Source: Thermoanaerobaculia bacterium
GTDB taxonomy: Bacteria; Acidobacteriota; Thermoanaerobaculia; Multivoradales; JBCCEF01
Assembly: GCA_036259255.1 (NCBI GenBank)
Contig: DATACC010000207.1
Coordinates: forward strand, 2,644-66,643
DNA length: 64,000 nucleotides
Direction of reading: 5' to 3'
In this document: positions 25,074 through 34,386 of the stretch, in pieces
How the letters are laid out: the number at the start of each line of letters is the position of its first letter
How positions within the stretch are numbered: position 1 is the first letter of the stretch
Translations under genes and position numbers: made by a program
The notes under the pieces: generated by a model
Databases searched by the model: none
Told to the model about the DNA's origin: nothing
What the model saw: the letters and a program-made list of their open reading frames with translations, nothing else

Positions 25074-28000
25074 ACCGGCGGGGCCGGCCGTTGCGGCAGC
25101 CGCATCGGGTCACGCTCCATCGCCTCGAGCACCTCCTGGACCGCACGCTCGAGCTGCGGGTCGCGCCCCTCGATCAGCGCCTGGGGCGGGTTGTCGACCA
25201 TGATGTCGGGGGTCACTCCCTCGCCCTCGATGATCCACTCCCCGTCCGCCGACAGGAACCCGTACTCCGGCACGTTGACGGTGCCGCCGTCGATCAGCGG
25301 ACCGTGGTTGGTGATGCCGGTGACCCCGCCCCACGACCGCTTGCCCACGAGCGGCCCCAGCCCGGCGGCCTTGAACATCGCCGGGAAGATGTCGCCGTCG
25401 GAGGCGGAGGTCTCGTTGAGGATCGCCGCCATCGGGCCGTGGAAGACGGTCCGCGGATAGGAGATCGGCACGTCGCTGGTGCGCGGGAACTGGGCCGCCA
25501 GCAGCTCGCGCTGCAGGCGCTCGATCACCATCGACGACACGTTGCCGCCGCCGTTGCCGCGCACGTCGATGACCATCCCCTGCATGCGGATCTGGGGGTA
25601 GAACCACTTGATGAACTCGTAGATGCCGTCGGAACCCATGTCGGGCAGGTGGATGTAGCCCACCCGGCCACCGGAGAGCTCCAGCGTGCGCTCCCGCCTG
25701 GCGAGCACCATGTCGAGGTAGGCGAGGGATTCCTCGCTGTCGACCGGCTGGAAGGTCACCTCCCGCGCCCCCTGGCGGCTCGGGCGGTCGTTGACGGTGA
25801 GCGTCACCGGGCGGTCGGCGCGGTGGCGGAGCAGCCGGTAGGGGTTCTCCCCGGCCGTCAGCTCCTGGCCGTCGATGGCCAGCACGTAGTCGCCCTCGGC
25901 CACCTCCACCCCGACCTCGGTCAGCGGCGATCGGTACTTCGGCTCCTCGTTGTGCCCCGGCAGGATGCGCGCGATGCGGTAGCGGCCGGAGACCTCGTCG
26001 AGGGCAAACCGCGCCCCGGGCAGCGCCACCGGGGCGCGTTCCGGCAGCTCCCAGTCACCGCCCGAGATGTAGGCGTGGGAGACGTTGAGCTCGGAGATCA
26101 TCTCGGAGATCAGGTAGTTGAGATCCGAGCGGTGGGCGACGTCGGCGAGCCACGGCCGGTAGCGCTCGCGCAGCGCCTCCCAGTCGTAGCCGTGCATGGT
26201 TTCGACGTAGAAGAAGTCGCGGAAGCGGCGCCATACCTCGTCGAAGATCTGCGCCCACTCCTCCCGCGGGTCGACGTCCACCGCCAGGGCGTCCGTGGCG
26301 ACCGGCTGACGGGAATCCTTGCCGCCGAGCTCGACGTCGAACCGGGCCATCCCGCCGCCCTGCCCCACCAGCACCGTCTCGCCGTCGGCCGACAGGGCGT
26401 AGCCGGTGATGTTGTCCGCCAGCACCTCGTGCTCGCGCTCCTCGAGCGAGTAGATGCGCAGCTCCGCCTGGCGCTCCGGAGCGCGGCCGTAGTAGAAGGA
26501 CGGCCCTCGCACGTACAGCAGGTGGCCCTCGACGGCGGAAAGACCGAAGTAGTTGTCCGCGTCCAGCGGCACTCGCACGACCCGCTCGGCCAGGCCGTCG
26601 AAGTCGATGCGCACCGGGTCGCCGGCCTTCGTGCGCCGCGTCCGGTCGGCGTCTTCGGCCTCCTCCGCGTCGTCCTCGTCCTCGCCGTCGTCCTCGGACT
26701 CGTCCTCGCCGTCCTCGCCCTCCACGTCCACCTCGTCACTGCGCGGCGGGAACGGGTGGGGCACGTCCTTGCGCAGCGGCAGAGCGTAGAGGTAGCTCTC
26801 GCGCTCGACGACGTAGTTCCACTCGAACGAGCCGATCTGCGGCGCGAACTGGCGGTCGCCGACGTAGTAGAGGTAGTCGCCGTTCGGATCCCAGGCGGGG
26901 TCGAACTCGTTGAACAGCTCGCTGCTCACCCGGCGCACCCGGCCATCGCCGGTGCTCCACACGAAGATCGACGAGAAGCCGTTGGCCTCGGTGAGGGCGA
27001 AGGCGACGTGAGCGCCGTCGGGCGACCAGGTGTAGTCGCCGATCCGCCCCTGGGGATCGTCGGCCACCTGGGTGAGGCTCCCGTCCGCCACGCGCACCAC
27101 CCACAGCCGGCCCTCCTTGTCGCTGAAGGCGATGCGCTCGCCGTCGGGAGACCACACCGGCGCGTAACGGAACATGGTGCCGCCGTCGGTGAGCTGGCGC
27201 GGCTCGCCACTGCCGTCCTGGGCGACGATCCACACCTCCTCCTCGCCGTCGGCATCCGACAGGTAGGCGATCCAGCGGCCGTCGGGGGACCAGGCGGCCC
27301 ACTTGTCGTGGGCCCCGGAGCTGCGAGTGAGGTTGCGCACCGAGCCGTGCTCGACGGGCACGGTGAAGACGTCGCCGCGGGCGACGACCACCGCCCGCTC
27401 ACCGCCTGGCGACAGCCCGAAGCCCTCGAGGAAGCCCGCCGCCTCCACCCGCCCCGGCCGTGCCGCCAGCAGGTCGCTGGGCACGGTGATCGGGATCCGC
27501 CGGCTCTGCCGGCTGGCGGTGTCCATCCAGTGCAGCTCGCCGTCGGACTCGTAGACGATGCGCCCGCCGGGCTGGCCGGCCACGCCCGGCCCGGCGGCGG
27601 GCCAGCGCACGTCCCACACCGTGCTGTCGGTCGCCGCCTCGGTGGTGCCGGCGGCCAGGTCGTGGACGTAGAGGTTCAGCGTGCCCGTGCGGTCGGAGGC
27701 GAACCAGATCTCGTCGCCGATCCACATCGGGTCGCGGTCGGTGCGCGGGTGGTCGGTGATGCGGGTGGTCTGGTAGGTGGCGAGGTCGAAGAGGTAGAGG
27801 TCCTGGGCCCAGCCGCCGGCGTAGCGCTTCCAGCTCCGGAAGTCGCGGAACAGCGGCGAGTAGACCACCCGGCTGCCGTCGGGCGAGTAGTCGCCGGCAC
27901 CGGCGGCCGGCATCGGCAACGGCTCCGGCAGCCCACCCTGCCGCGGCACGGCGAACAGGCGCCCCTCGCCGATGTCCCAGCCGTAGCGCAGCGAACGGAA

Positions 28001-28417
28001 CAGCACGCTCTCACCGTCCGGCGTCCAGCCGTACACCAGGTTGTCGTAGCCCCAGCGCGGCGGCAGCGGACCGCGGGCCGGATAGTAGGTGAGCTGCTGC
28101 GGCGCGCCACCCTCGGCGCTCATCACGTACACCTGCTCGTCGCCGTCGTACTGCCCCGTGAAGGCGATCCAGCGGCCGTCGGGCGAGAAGCGGGCGAACA
28201 CCTCGACGCCGGGGTGGGCGGTCAAGCGCCGGGCGCTGCCGCCGTCGATGGAGGCGAGCCACAGGTCGCCGGCGTAGGTGAACACCACGCGATCGCCGTG
28301 GACGTCGGGGAAGCGCAGCAGCTTGGTCTGCGCCAGGGCCGCCGGCGCGACGAGCGCCACGGCGGCGAACAGGACGAAGGCGCGCAGGACGCGCGGAGCA
28401 CACGGGATCGGGATCAC
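25061..28417 (-). CDS. Tricorn-like protease (beta-propellers + PDZ + S41 peptidase core), exported
   Basis: 1118 aa with a signal peptide. It begins [22 protein letters not shown] and has repeated FSPDG.WIAF blades. The C-terminal S41-type region contains DVRGNGGGN and SASDGDIF. Confidence 0.9.
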   Translation of the reverse strand: MIPIPCAPRVLRAFVLFAAVALVAPAALAQTKLLRFPDVHGDRVVFTYAGDLWLASIDGGSARRLTAHPGVEVFARFSPDGRWIAFTGQYDGDEQVYVMSAEGGAPQQLTYYPARGPLPPRWGYDNLVYGWTPDGESVLFRSLRYGWDIGEGRLFAVPRQGGLPEPLPMPAAGAGDYSPDGSRVVYSPLFRDFRSWKRYAGGWAQDLYLFDLATYQTTRITDHPRTDRDPMWIGDEIWFASDRTGTLNLYVHDLAAGTTEAATDSTVWDVRWPAAGPGVAGQPGGRIVYESDGELHWMDTASRQSRRIPITVPSDLLAARPGRVEAAGFLEGFGLSPGGERAVVVARGDVFTVPVEHGSVRNLTRSSGAHDKWAAWSPDGRWIAYLSDADGEEEVWIVAQDGSGEPRQLTDGGTMFRYAPVWSPDGERIAFSDKEGRLWVVRVADGSLTQVADDPQGRIGDYTWSPDGAHVAFALTEANGFSSIFVWSTGDGRVRRVSSELFNEFDPAWDPNGDYLYYVGDRQFAPQIGSFEWNYVVERESYLYALPLRKDVPHPFPPRSDEVDVEGEDGEDESEDDGEDEDDAEEAEDADRTRRTKAGDPVRIDFDGLAERVVRVPLDADNYFGLSAVEGHLLYVRGPSFYYGRAPERQAELRIYSLEEREHEVLADNITGYALSADGETVLVGQGGGMARFDVELGGKDSRQPVATDALAVDVDPREEWAQIFDEVWRRFRDFFYVETMHGYDWEALRERYRPWLADVAHRSDLNYLISEMISELNVSHAYISGGDWELPERAPVALPGARFALDEVSGRYRIARILPGHNEEPKYRSPLTEVGVEVAEGDYVLAIDGQELTAGENPYRLLRHRADRPVTLTVNDRPSRQGAREVTFQPVDSEESLAYLDMVLARRERTLELSGGRVGYIHLPDMGSDGIYEFIKWFYPQIRMQGMVIDVRGNGGGNVSSMVIERLQRELLAAQFPRTSDVPISYPRTVFHGPMAAILNETSASDGDIFPAMFKAAGLGPLVGKRSWGGVTGITNHGPLIDGGTVNVPEYGFLSADGEWIIEGEGVTPDIMVDNPPQALIEGRDPQLERAVQEVLEAMERDPMRLPQRPAPPVRVD

Positions 28418-28655
28418 GACATCCTCCTCGGAAGCTCGATCGACGAAAGCGCCGGACCGGCCTCAGGCCGGGCAGCGCGAGCCGGGTGGTGCGAAGCGGG
28501 CGCCGGGACCGGCGTCCTCACCTCGTGTACGAAGAATCGACGGCGCGGGTTCTGCCCACCGGACCGGCTCCCGGGCGTTCAGAGCCTGTGAAGACAGCTC
28601 CGGCCGTCGCGAGGACGGCATCGCGCGCCTCTCGCGGAGATTTCCTCACAGGCGC

Positions 28656-31022
28656 TCAGCTCCGCGGGCCGCCGGTGCGCCGCCGTTCGCCGCCACCGCG
28701 GCCCTTCGGCGCCCCGGCCTGTCCGGACCTGCCCGCCCCGTCGCCGGACCTTGCCTCGCCGGACCGGCCACCGCCGCGGCGTCCGCCGCCCTCGCCCCGG
28801 TGCCGGGTACCGCCGGCGGTGGCGATCTCGAGATCGAGGCCGCGGTGCTGCAGGCTGACGCCCACCAGGCGCACCTCGACCCGCGCCCCGAGGCGGAAGG
28901 CGGTGCCGGTGCGGTCGCCGACGAGCTGGTGGGCCTCCTCCTCGTAGACGAAGTACTCGTCGCCCAACGAGCGGATCGGCACCAGGCCGTCGACGTGGAA
29001 GGTGTCGAGCTGGACGAACAGGCCGAAGGGCTGGACGCCGGTGATGCGGCCGGGGAAGGTGTCGCCCACGCGGTCGGCCAGGAAGCGCACCTTCTTCCAC
29101 TGCAGCAGGTCGCGCTCCGCCTGCTCGGCGCGCCGCTCCGTGGTGCTGGTGTGCTCGCCGATGCCCGGCAGGCGCTCGGTGAGCGGCATCGCCTCGGTGG
29201 CATGGCTCCCCTTCGCGCCGCGGCCGCGGCGCTCGCCGGCGAGATGGCGCCGGACCTGCCGATGCACCACCAGATCCGGGTAGCGGCGGATCGGCGAGGT
29301 GAAATGGGTGTACTCGCGCGACGCCAGGGCGTAGTGGCCGCGGCAGTCGGGGCTGTAGTGGGCGCGCTGCAGGGTGCGCAGCACCAGGGTGGTGACGAAG
29401 TGCTCCTCCGGCGTCCCTTCGGCTTCGCCGATCACCCGTTGCAGGTGGCGGGGATGGAGGCGATCCAGGTCCTCCGGCAGGTGCAGGCCGAGGGGACGGA
29501 GCAGCTCCGCGAGGTTCTGGAGATCCTCCGGGGTCGGCGCGTCGTGGACCCGGTAGAGGGCCGGCGCCTCGGCCGCGAGCAGCGCCCGGGCCACCGCCTC
29601 GTTGGCGGCGATCATGAACTCCTCGACGATGCGGTGGGCGACGTTGCGCTCGCCCGGCTTGACGCCGACGGTGAAGCCGTCGGTGTCGAGCACCACGTCG
29701 CCGGAGGGCAGGTCGAAGTCGATGGAGCCGCGCTCGCGCCGCGAGCGGTGGAGCACCTGCATCAGTGGCAGCATGTCGCGCAGCAGCCCGAGCACCGGGC
29801 CGTACTCCTGCTCGTCGCCGGGCTCGCCCGCCTCGAGCACCCGGTGCACCTCGGTGTAGGTGAGGCGCCGGTCGCTGCGGATGACGGTCTCGGCGAACCG
29901 CTCGTTGGCGATGCGCCCGTCGCCGTCTACCTCCAGGAAGACCGACAGCGCGAGGCGTGGCACGTCGGGGCGCAGCGAGCACAGGCCGTTGGACAGCACC
30001 TCCGGCAGCATCGGCACGGCGCGCTCCGGGAAGTAGACGCTGGTGCCGCGCACGTAGGCCTCGCGGTCGATGGGGCCGGCCTCGGTGACGTAGTGGGCGA
30101 CGTCGGCGATGTGGACGCCGAGGCGCCAGCGGTTCCCGCCCAGCCGCTCGCAGGTGAGGGCGTCGTCGAAGTCCCGGGCCGACTCGCCGTCGATGGTGAC
30201 GGTGAGCTGGTCGCGCAGGTCCTCGCGGCCGCGCCAGTCCTCGGGTCCCGGATCGCCGGGGAACGCAGCGGCGGCGGCCTCCACCTCGGGCGGAAACTGG
30301 TCGGGGATGCGGAAGTGGCGTAGCACGGCCAGGAGATCCGAGCCGGGGGCGTCGGCGTGGCCCAGGTCCTCGGCGACGGTCGCCTGGGGATGGCCGCCGC
30401 GGCTGCCCGAGGACGGGATCACCTCGGCGACGACGAAGTGCCCGTCCGGCACGTCGTGGGACTCGACGATCTCGACCTCCAGCGACGAGCGCGGGTCGTA
30501 GGGACGCAGCCAGCTCAGGCCGTCCTCTCCCTGCTCGACGAGACCGACGATGCGGTGGCTGCGCCGGGCCAGCACCTCGACCACGCTCCCCGGCGGCAGC
30601 CGCTTGCCGGCCACGTCGCGGGAGCGCCCCTTGAGGCGCTTCACCAGCACGGTATCGCCGTCGAGGGCATCCTTCAGGTGGGGCCGGTCGACCCAGAACA
30701 GCGGCTCGCCCCGGGGAAGCTGCCGCACCACCGTCTCGCCGCCGCCGACGCGGTCGAGCCGCCCCGGCGTCCACTCGGTGAAGCGCACGGCGTACCAGCG
30801 CCGCGCCCGCTCCACGGCCTTGCCGTCGGCGGCCAGGGCGCGCAGCGCCGCGACCACCTCGTCCTCCCGCGCGTCCACCCCCAGCCGCTCGGTCAGCGCC
30901 GCCGCCTCCGCCCCCCGGGCCCCAGCGGCCTCCAAGCGCGCTCCCACCCGCTCCGCCAGCGCCTTCCCGGCACCCGGCAGGTCCATGAAGTCGACGCCGT
31001 CCCACTTGCTCGCGTTCGTCAT
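28656..31022 (-). CDS. rnr: Ribonuclease R
   Basis: 788 aa from ATG 31022. The RNB domain carries IDGESARDFDDAL, HIADVAHYV and TSPIRRYPDLVVHR. An S1 domain is followed by an Arg/Gly-rich basic tail. Confidence 0.92.
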   Translation of the reverse strand: MTNASKWDGVDFMDLPGAGKALAERVGARLEAAGARGAEAAALTERLGVDAREDEVVAALRALAADGKAVERARRWYAVRFTEWTPGRLDRVGGGETVVRQLPRGEPLFWVDRPHLKDALDGDTVLVKRLKGRSRDVAGKRLPPGSVVEVLARRSHRIVGLVEQGEDGLSWLRPYDPRSSLEVEIVESHDVPDGHFVVAEVIPSSGSRGGHPQATVAEDLGHADAPGSDLLAVLRHFRIPDQFPPEVEAAAAAFPGDPGPEDWRGREDLRDQLTVTIDGESARDFDDALTCERLGGNRWRLGVHIADVAHYVTEAGPIDREAYVRGTSVYFPERAVPMLPEVLSNGLCSLRPDVPRLALSVFLEVDGDGRIANERFAETVIRSDRRLTYTEVHRVLEAGEPGDEQEYGPVLGLLRDMLPLMQVLHRSRRERGSIDFDLPSGDVVLDTDGFTVGVKPGERNVAHRIVEEFMIAANEAVARALLAAEAPALYRVHDAPTPEDLQNLAELLRPLGLHLPEDLDRLHPRHLQRVIGEAEGTPEEHFVTTLVLRTLQRAHYSPDCRGHYALASREYTHFTSPIRRYPDLVVHRQVRRHLAGERRGRGAKGSHATEAMPLTERLPGIGEHTSTTERRAEQAERDLLQWKKVRFLADRVGDTFPGRITGVQPFGLFVQLDTFHVDGLVPIRSLGDEYFVYEEEAHQLVGDRTGTAFRLGARVEVRLVGVSLQHRGLDLEIATAGGTRHRGEGGGRRGGGRSGEARSGDGAGRSGQAGAPKGRGGGERRRTGGPRS

Positions 31023-31087
31023 GGGGGGCAGCGTAGCACTGGGGGGCGGCGCTCCGGCAGCGGGGAATCGGCACCGCCGCGGGCTCG

Positions 31088-31116
31088 TTGACACCACCGA
31101 GGTGGGCCGCTACAAT
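31088..31116 (+). promoter_or_regulatory. Sigma-70-type promoter for tRNA-Leu: TTGACA-17 nt-TACAAT
   Basis: TTGACA lies at 31088-31093 and TACAAT at 31111-31116. The spacer is exactly 17 nt, 14 nt upstream of the mature tRNA 5' end. Confidence 0.6.
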
Positions 31117-31126
31117 CCGCCTCCGC

Positions 31127-31216
<90 letters not shown>

Positions 31217-32002
31217 TCTCTCTTTCTCCCGGTTAGCTTCCGGCAGGCCCCACCAGTCAGCCCATTCGGCTCTCAGGTGGCGTCGATTCCGCCTGCACCC
31301 CAGCCACCGGTCTCCGAGGTTTCCACCAGGGTTCTCGACCGGGACAGCGCCTGCGAGGCGCCTCCTTCCAGACCAGCGACAGGCCTGGGCGCCGCCCGTG
31401 CCCGAGTGCCGCCGTTCCGGAGCGAGCCGGCGAGCACGCCCGATCGATCCCCCGACGGAGAGGCGGCGTGGGGGGGGCGGGAGCGTCCGCGCCGGTGGTT
31501 GGGATGGCTGGGGGGCGGCCGGCCAGGGGCGTCAGCGCCGGCGCCGCTCGAGGTCGGAGAGGAGTCCGGGGACGATGGAGCGTCGGCGCTGTCGAGCGGG
31601 GCTCCCCCTGCCAGCTTTCACCGACAGCCCCGCGGCCCCTGGCGCGCCGCCCCCCAGCCTTCTCCGCGACACCGCCCCCGCCGACCGCGCCACCCCCGCC
31701 GCCTCACCCCCTCAGGAGGTGGGTGGCTCCACGGCCCGCCGCTCGCGCTCCCCCGGGCGCGCCACCACCTCGAGCCAGGCCGCCTCCAACGGATGGGGCG
31801 CTGCCGCGGCACCGAAGGCGGCGGCCACCGCGGTGGTCGCTCCGTTTCCGGAGGTCCCGGCGGACCGGTGCGGAGGCTGGGCAGGATGGCCTGGCTTGGT
31901 TTCGAGTCGCACGTTGCGAGCAGCGGTTGTGTAGGAGGTTTATAGCACGGTCCGGCGCCGCCGCCGACCCGCGTCGCGCAAGCCTTGTCCGGCTCGCGAG
32001 GC

Positions 32003-32020
32003 TTGTGACATCCTTCACGA
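32003..32020. promoter_or_regulatory. Candidate Rex operator (ROP) TTGTGACATCCTTCACGA upstream of nuoA, followed by a TAAGAT -10-like hexamer (32028-32033)
   Basis: It matches the published Rex consensus TTGTGAA-N4-TTCACAA at 12 of 14 specified positions. It lies 107 nt upstream of the nuoA ATG, and rex is encoded at the end of the same cluster. Confidence 0.55.
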
Positions 32021-32126
32021 GGTCCGCTAAGATGGACCGCGGTCCGGCGCTCGGGAGACGGGGCGCCGGCCCTTCTGCGCGACCCCGGATCCGCGCGATC
32101 CCGACAGCGAACCACCGAGACCGACG

Positions 32127-32510
32127 ATGCCCAGCGACTACTACCCCATCCTGCTCGCCCTCGGCTTGGCCATGGTCATCGGCGCTGCCTTGCTGTCGCT
32201 GTCGTACCTGCTCGGGCGCCAGACCGGCGGCCTGGTCAAGCGCACCACGGTGGAGTCCGGCATGCCGCTGCTCGACGTCTCCCACAAGCGCATCTCGGTG
32301 GCCTTCTTCCTGATCGCCATCGACTTCATCGTCTTCGACGTCGAGGCCGCCTTCCTCTACCCGTGGGCGCTCGTCATCCGCGCCGGCGGCTGGCCGCTGT
32401 TCGCGGCGGTGATGGTGTTCGTGTTCCTGATCCTGGTCGGCTACGCCTACATCTGGAAGAAGGGCGGCCTCGATCTCGGACCGCGGCGCGCCGCGAGGAA
32501 CGTGCGATGA
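32127..32510 (+). CDS. nuoA: NADH-quinone oxidoreductase subunit A
   Basis: 127 aa with 3 TM helices. Contains ESGMPLL, FLIAIDFIVFDVEAAFLYPWA. Confidence 0.93.
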   Translation: MPSDYYPILLALGLAMVIGAALLSLSYLLGRQTGGLVKRTTVESGMPLLDVSHKRISVAFFLIAIDFIVFDVEAAFLYPWALVIRAGGWPLFAAVMVFVFLILVGYAYIWKKGGLDLGPRRAARNVR

Positions 32511-33088
32511 GCGAGCGCGAGAGCAGGCGCCCGACGCCCGTCGTCGGCTCCCCGGTCGGCGGCGTCGGCACCAGCGACGGCTACGGCGAACCCTGGCCGG
32601 CCCAGTCCCCCGGGGTGCCGGTGCTCGACGAGGCCAGCCGACGGCGGGTCGAGGAGCTCGTCGGCCGCTACCCCGACAAGCGGGCGGCGCTGATCCCGGT
32701 GCTCCACATCGCCCAGCGGCGCTGCGGCGGATGGCTGCCGGACTACGCCATCGCCGAGGTCGCCGCGGCCCTGGAGCTCACCCCGGCCGACGTCTACGGC
32801 GTGGTCACCTTCTACGACCTGTTCCACCAGAAGCCGGTGGGCCGTCACCGCATCCGCGTGTGCACCAACCTGTCGTGCCAGCTGCGCGGCTCCGACGAGG
32901 TGATGGCCGTGCTGCGCCAGGAGCTCGGCGTCGACGAGGGCGACGTGACCCCCGACGGCCGCTGCTCCTACGTCCATTTCGAGTGCCTCGGCTCCTGCGA
33001 CACGGCGCCGATGATGATGATCGACGACACCTACCACGAGAACCTCACCCCGGAGCGGGTGCGGGAGATCGTCAAGGGCCTCACCTGA
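32507..33088 (+). CDS. nuoE: NADH-quinone oxidoreductase subunit E (24-kDa, [2Fe-2S])
   Basis: ATG 32507 overlaps the nuoA stop (ATGA). Contains YPDKRAALIPVLHIAQ and the cysteines of ..RVCTNLSCQLRG..ECLGSCDTAP. The N-terminal extension is about 40 aa. Confidence 0.9.
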   Translation: MSERESRRPTPVVGSPVGGVGTSDGYGEPWPAQSPGVPVLDEASRRRVEELVGRYPDKRAALIPVLHIAQRRCGGWLPDYAIAEVAAALELTPADVYGVVTFYDLFHQKPVGRHRIRVCTNLSCQLRGSDEVMAVLRQELGVDEGDVTPDGRCSYVHFECLGSCDTAPMMMIDDTYHENLTPERVREIVKGLT

Positions 33089-34386
33089 TGGCGTTCGAGC
33101 CCGTTCTCACCCGCAACGTCGGCCAGCCCGAGGCGCGCACCGTCGCCGGCTACAAGAAGCGCGGCGGCTACGCCGGCCTCGCCCAGGCGCTGAAGATGCA
33201 GCCCGACGAGGTCACCGACGCCGTGAAGGCCTCGGGCCTGCGCGGCCGCGGCGGCGCCGGCTTTCCCACCGGCATGAAGTGGAGCTTCATCCCGAAGGAT
33301 CCGGACAAGCCCAAGTACTTGGTGTGCAACGCCGACGAGTCGGAGCCCGGCACCTTCAAGGACCGGCTCCTGATGGAGCACGACCCGCACCAGCTCATCG
33401 AGGGCTGCGCCATCTGCTGCTACGCGGTGGGGGCGGCGACCTGCTACATCTACATCCGCGGCGAGTACACCGCGGCGCTGGCCACCATGGAGCAGGCGAT
33501 CCGCGACGCCTACGACAACGGCATCCTCGGGCGCTCGGTGATGGGCTCGGGCTTCTCCCTCGACCTCTTCATGCACGCCGGCGCCGGTGCCTACATCTGC
33601 GGCGAGGAGACCGGCATGCTCGAGTCGCTGGAGGGCAAGCGCGGCCAGCCGCGGGTCAAGCCACCGTTCCCGGCGATCATCGGCGCCTTCGGCGCCCCGA
33701 CGGTGATCAACAACGTCGAGACGCTGGCCAACGTGCCCCACATCCTGGAGCGCGGCGCCGACTGGTTCAAGAGCATCGGCACCGACGAGCGCAACACCGG
33801 GCCGAAGCTCTACGCCATCTCCGGCCACGTGGAGCGGCCCGGCACCTACGAGTACCCCATCGGCGTGCCGTTCCGCACCCTGCTCGACGGCTGCGGCGGC
33901 GTGTGGCGCGGTAGGAGCCTGAAGGCCTACATCCCGGGCGGCGCCTCGGCGGCGATCCTGCCGGGCGAGCAGTTCCTCGACCTGCCGATGGACTTCGACT
34001 CCGTCGCCAAGGCGGGCTCGATGCTCGGCTCGGCTGCCGTGATGGTGATGGACGAGACCACCTGCCTGGTGCGCGCGGTGGCACGGCTGTCGAAGTTCTT
34101 CAACCACGAGAGCTGCGGCCAGTGCACGCCGTGCCGCGAAGGCACCAACTGGATGGAGCTGCTGCTCACCCGCATCGAGAAGGGCCAGGGGCGCGAGCAG
34201 GACGCCGCGCTGCTGTCCAACATCTGCACCCACATCGCCGGCAACTCGCTGTGTGCCCTGGGCGACGCCGCGGTGGGGCCGGTCAAGAGCCTGGTCGAGA
34301 CGTTCCTCGAGGAGATCGACGAGCACGTGCGCCTGGGCCACTGTCCGCTGCCGCCGCAGCCGGTGTTCGAAGGAGCGAGCCACTAG
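33088..34386 (+). CDS. nuoF: NADH-quinone oxidoreductase subunit F (51-kDa, FMN/NADH-binding)
   Basis: 432 aa. Contains GLRGRGGAGFPTGMKW, CNADESEPGTFKDR and ESCGQCTPCREG. Confidence 0.95.
   Translation: MAFEPVLTRNVGQPEARTVAGYKKRGGYAGLAQALKMQPDEVTDAVKASGLRGRGGAGFPTGMKWSFIPKDPDKPKYLVCNADESEPGTFKDRLLMEHDPHQLIEGCAICCYAVGAATCYIYIRGEYTAALATMEQAIRDAYDNGILGRSVMGSGFSLDLFMHAGAGAYICGEETGMLESLEGKRGQPRVKPPFPAIIGAFGAPTVINNVETLANVPHILERGADWFKSIGTDERNTGPKLYAISGHVERPGTYEYPIGVPFRTLLDGCGGVWRGRSLKAYIPGGASAAILPGEQFLDLPMDFDSVAKAGSMLGSAAVMVMDETTCLVRAVARLSKFFNHESCGQCTPCREGTNWMELLLTRIEKGQGREQDAALLSNICTHIAGNSLCALGDAAVGPVKSLVETFLEEIDEHVRLGHCPLPPQPVFEGASH

Noticed and set aside
31712-31912. 66-aa minus-strand ORF in the tRNA-nuoA gap as a real small gene.
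   Set aside because: It has a GTG start with no SD. The first third has atypical codon usage and no motif was recognised. At best it is a decayed fragment.
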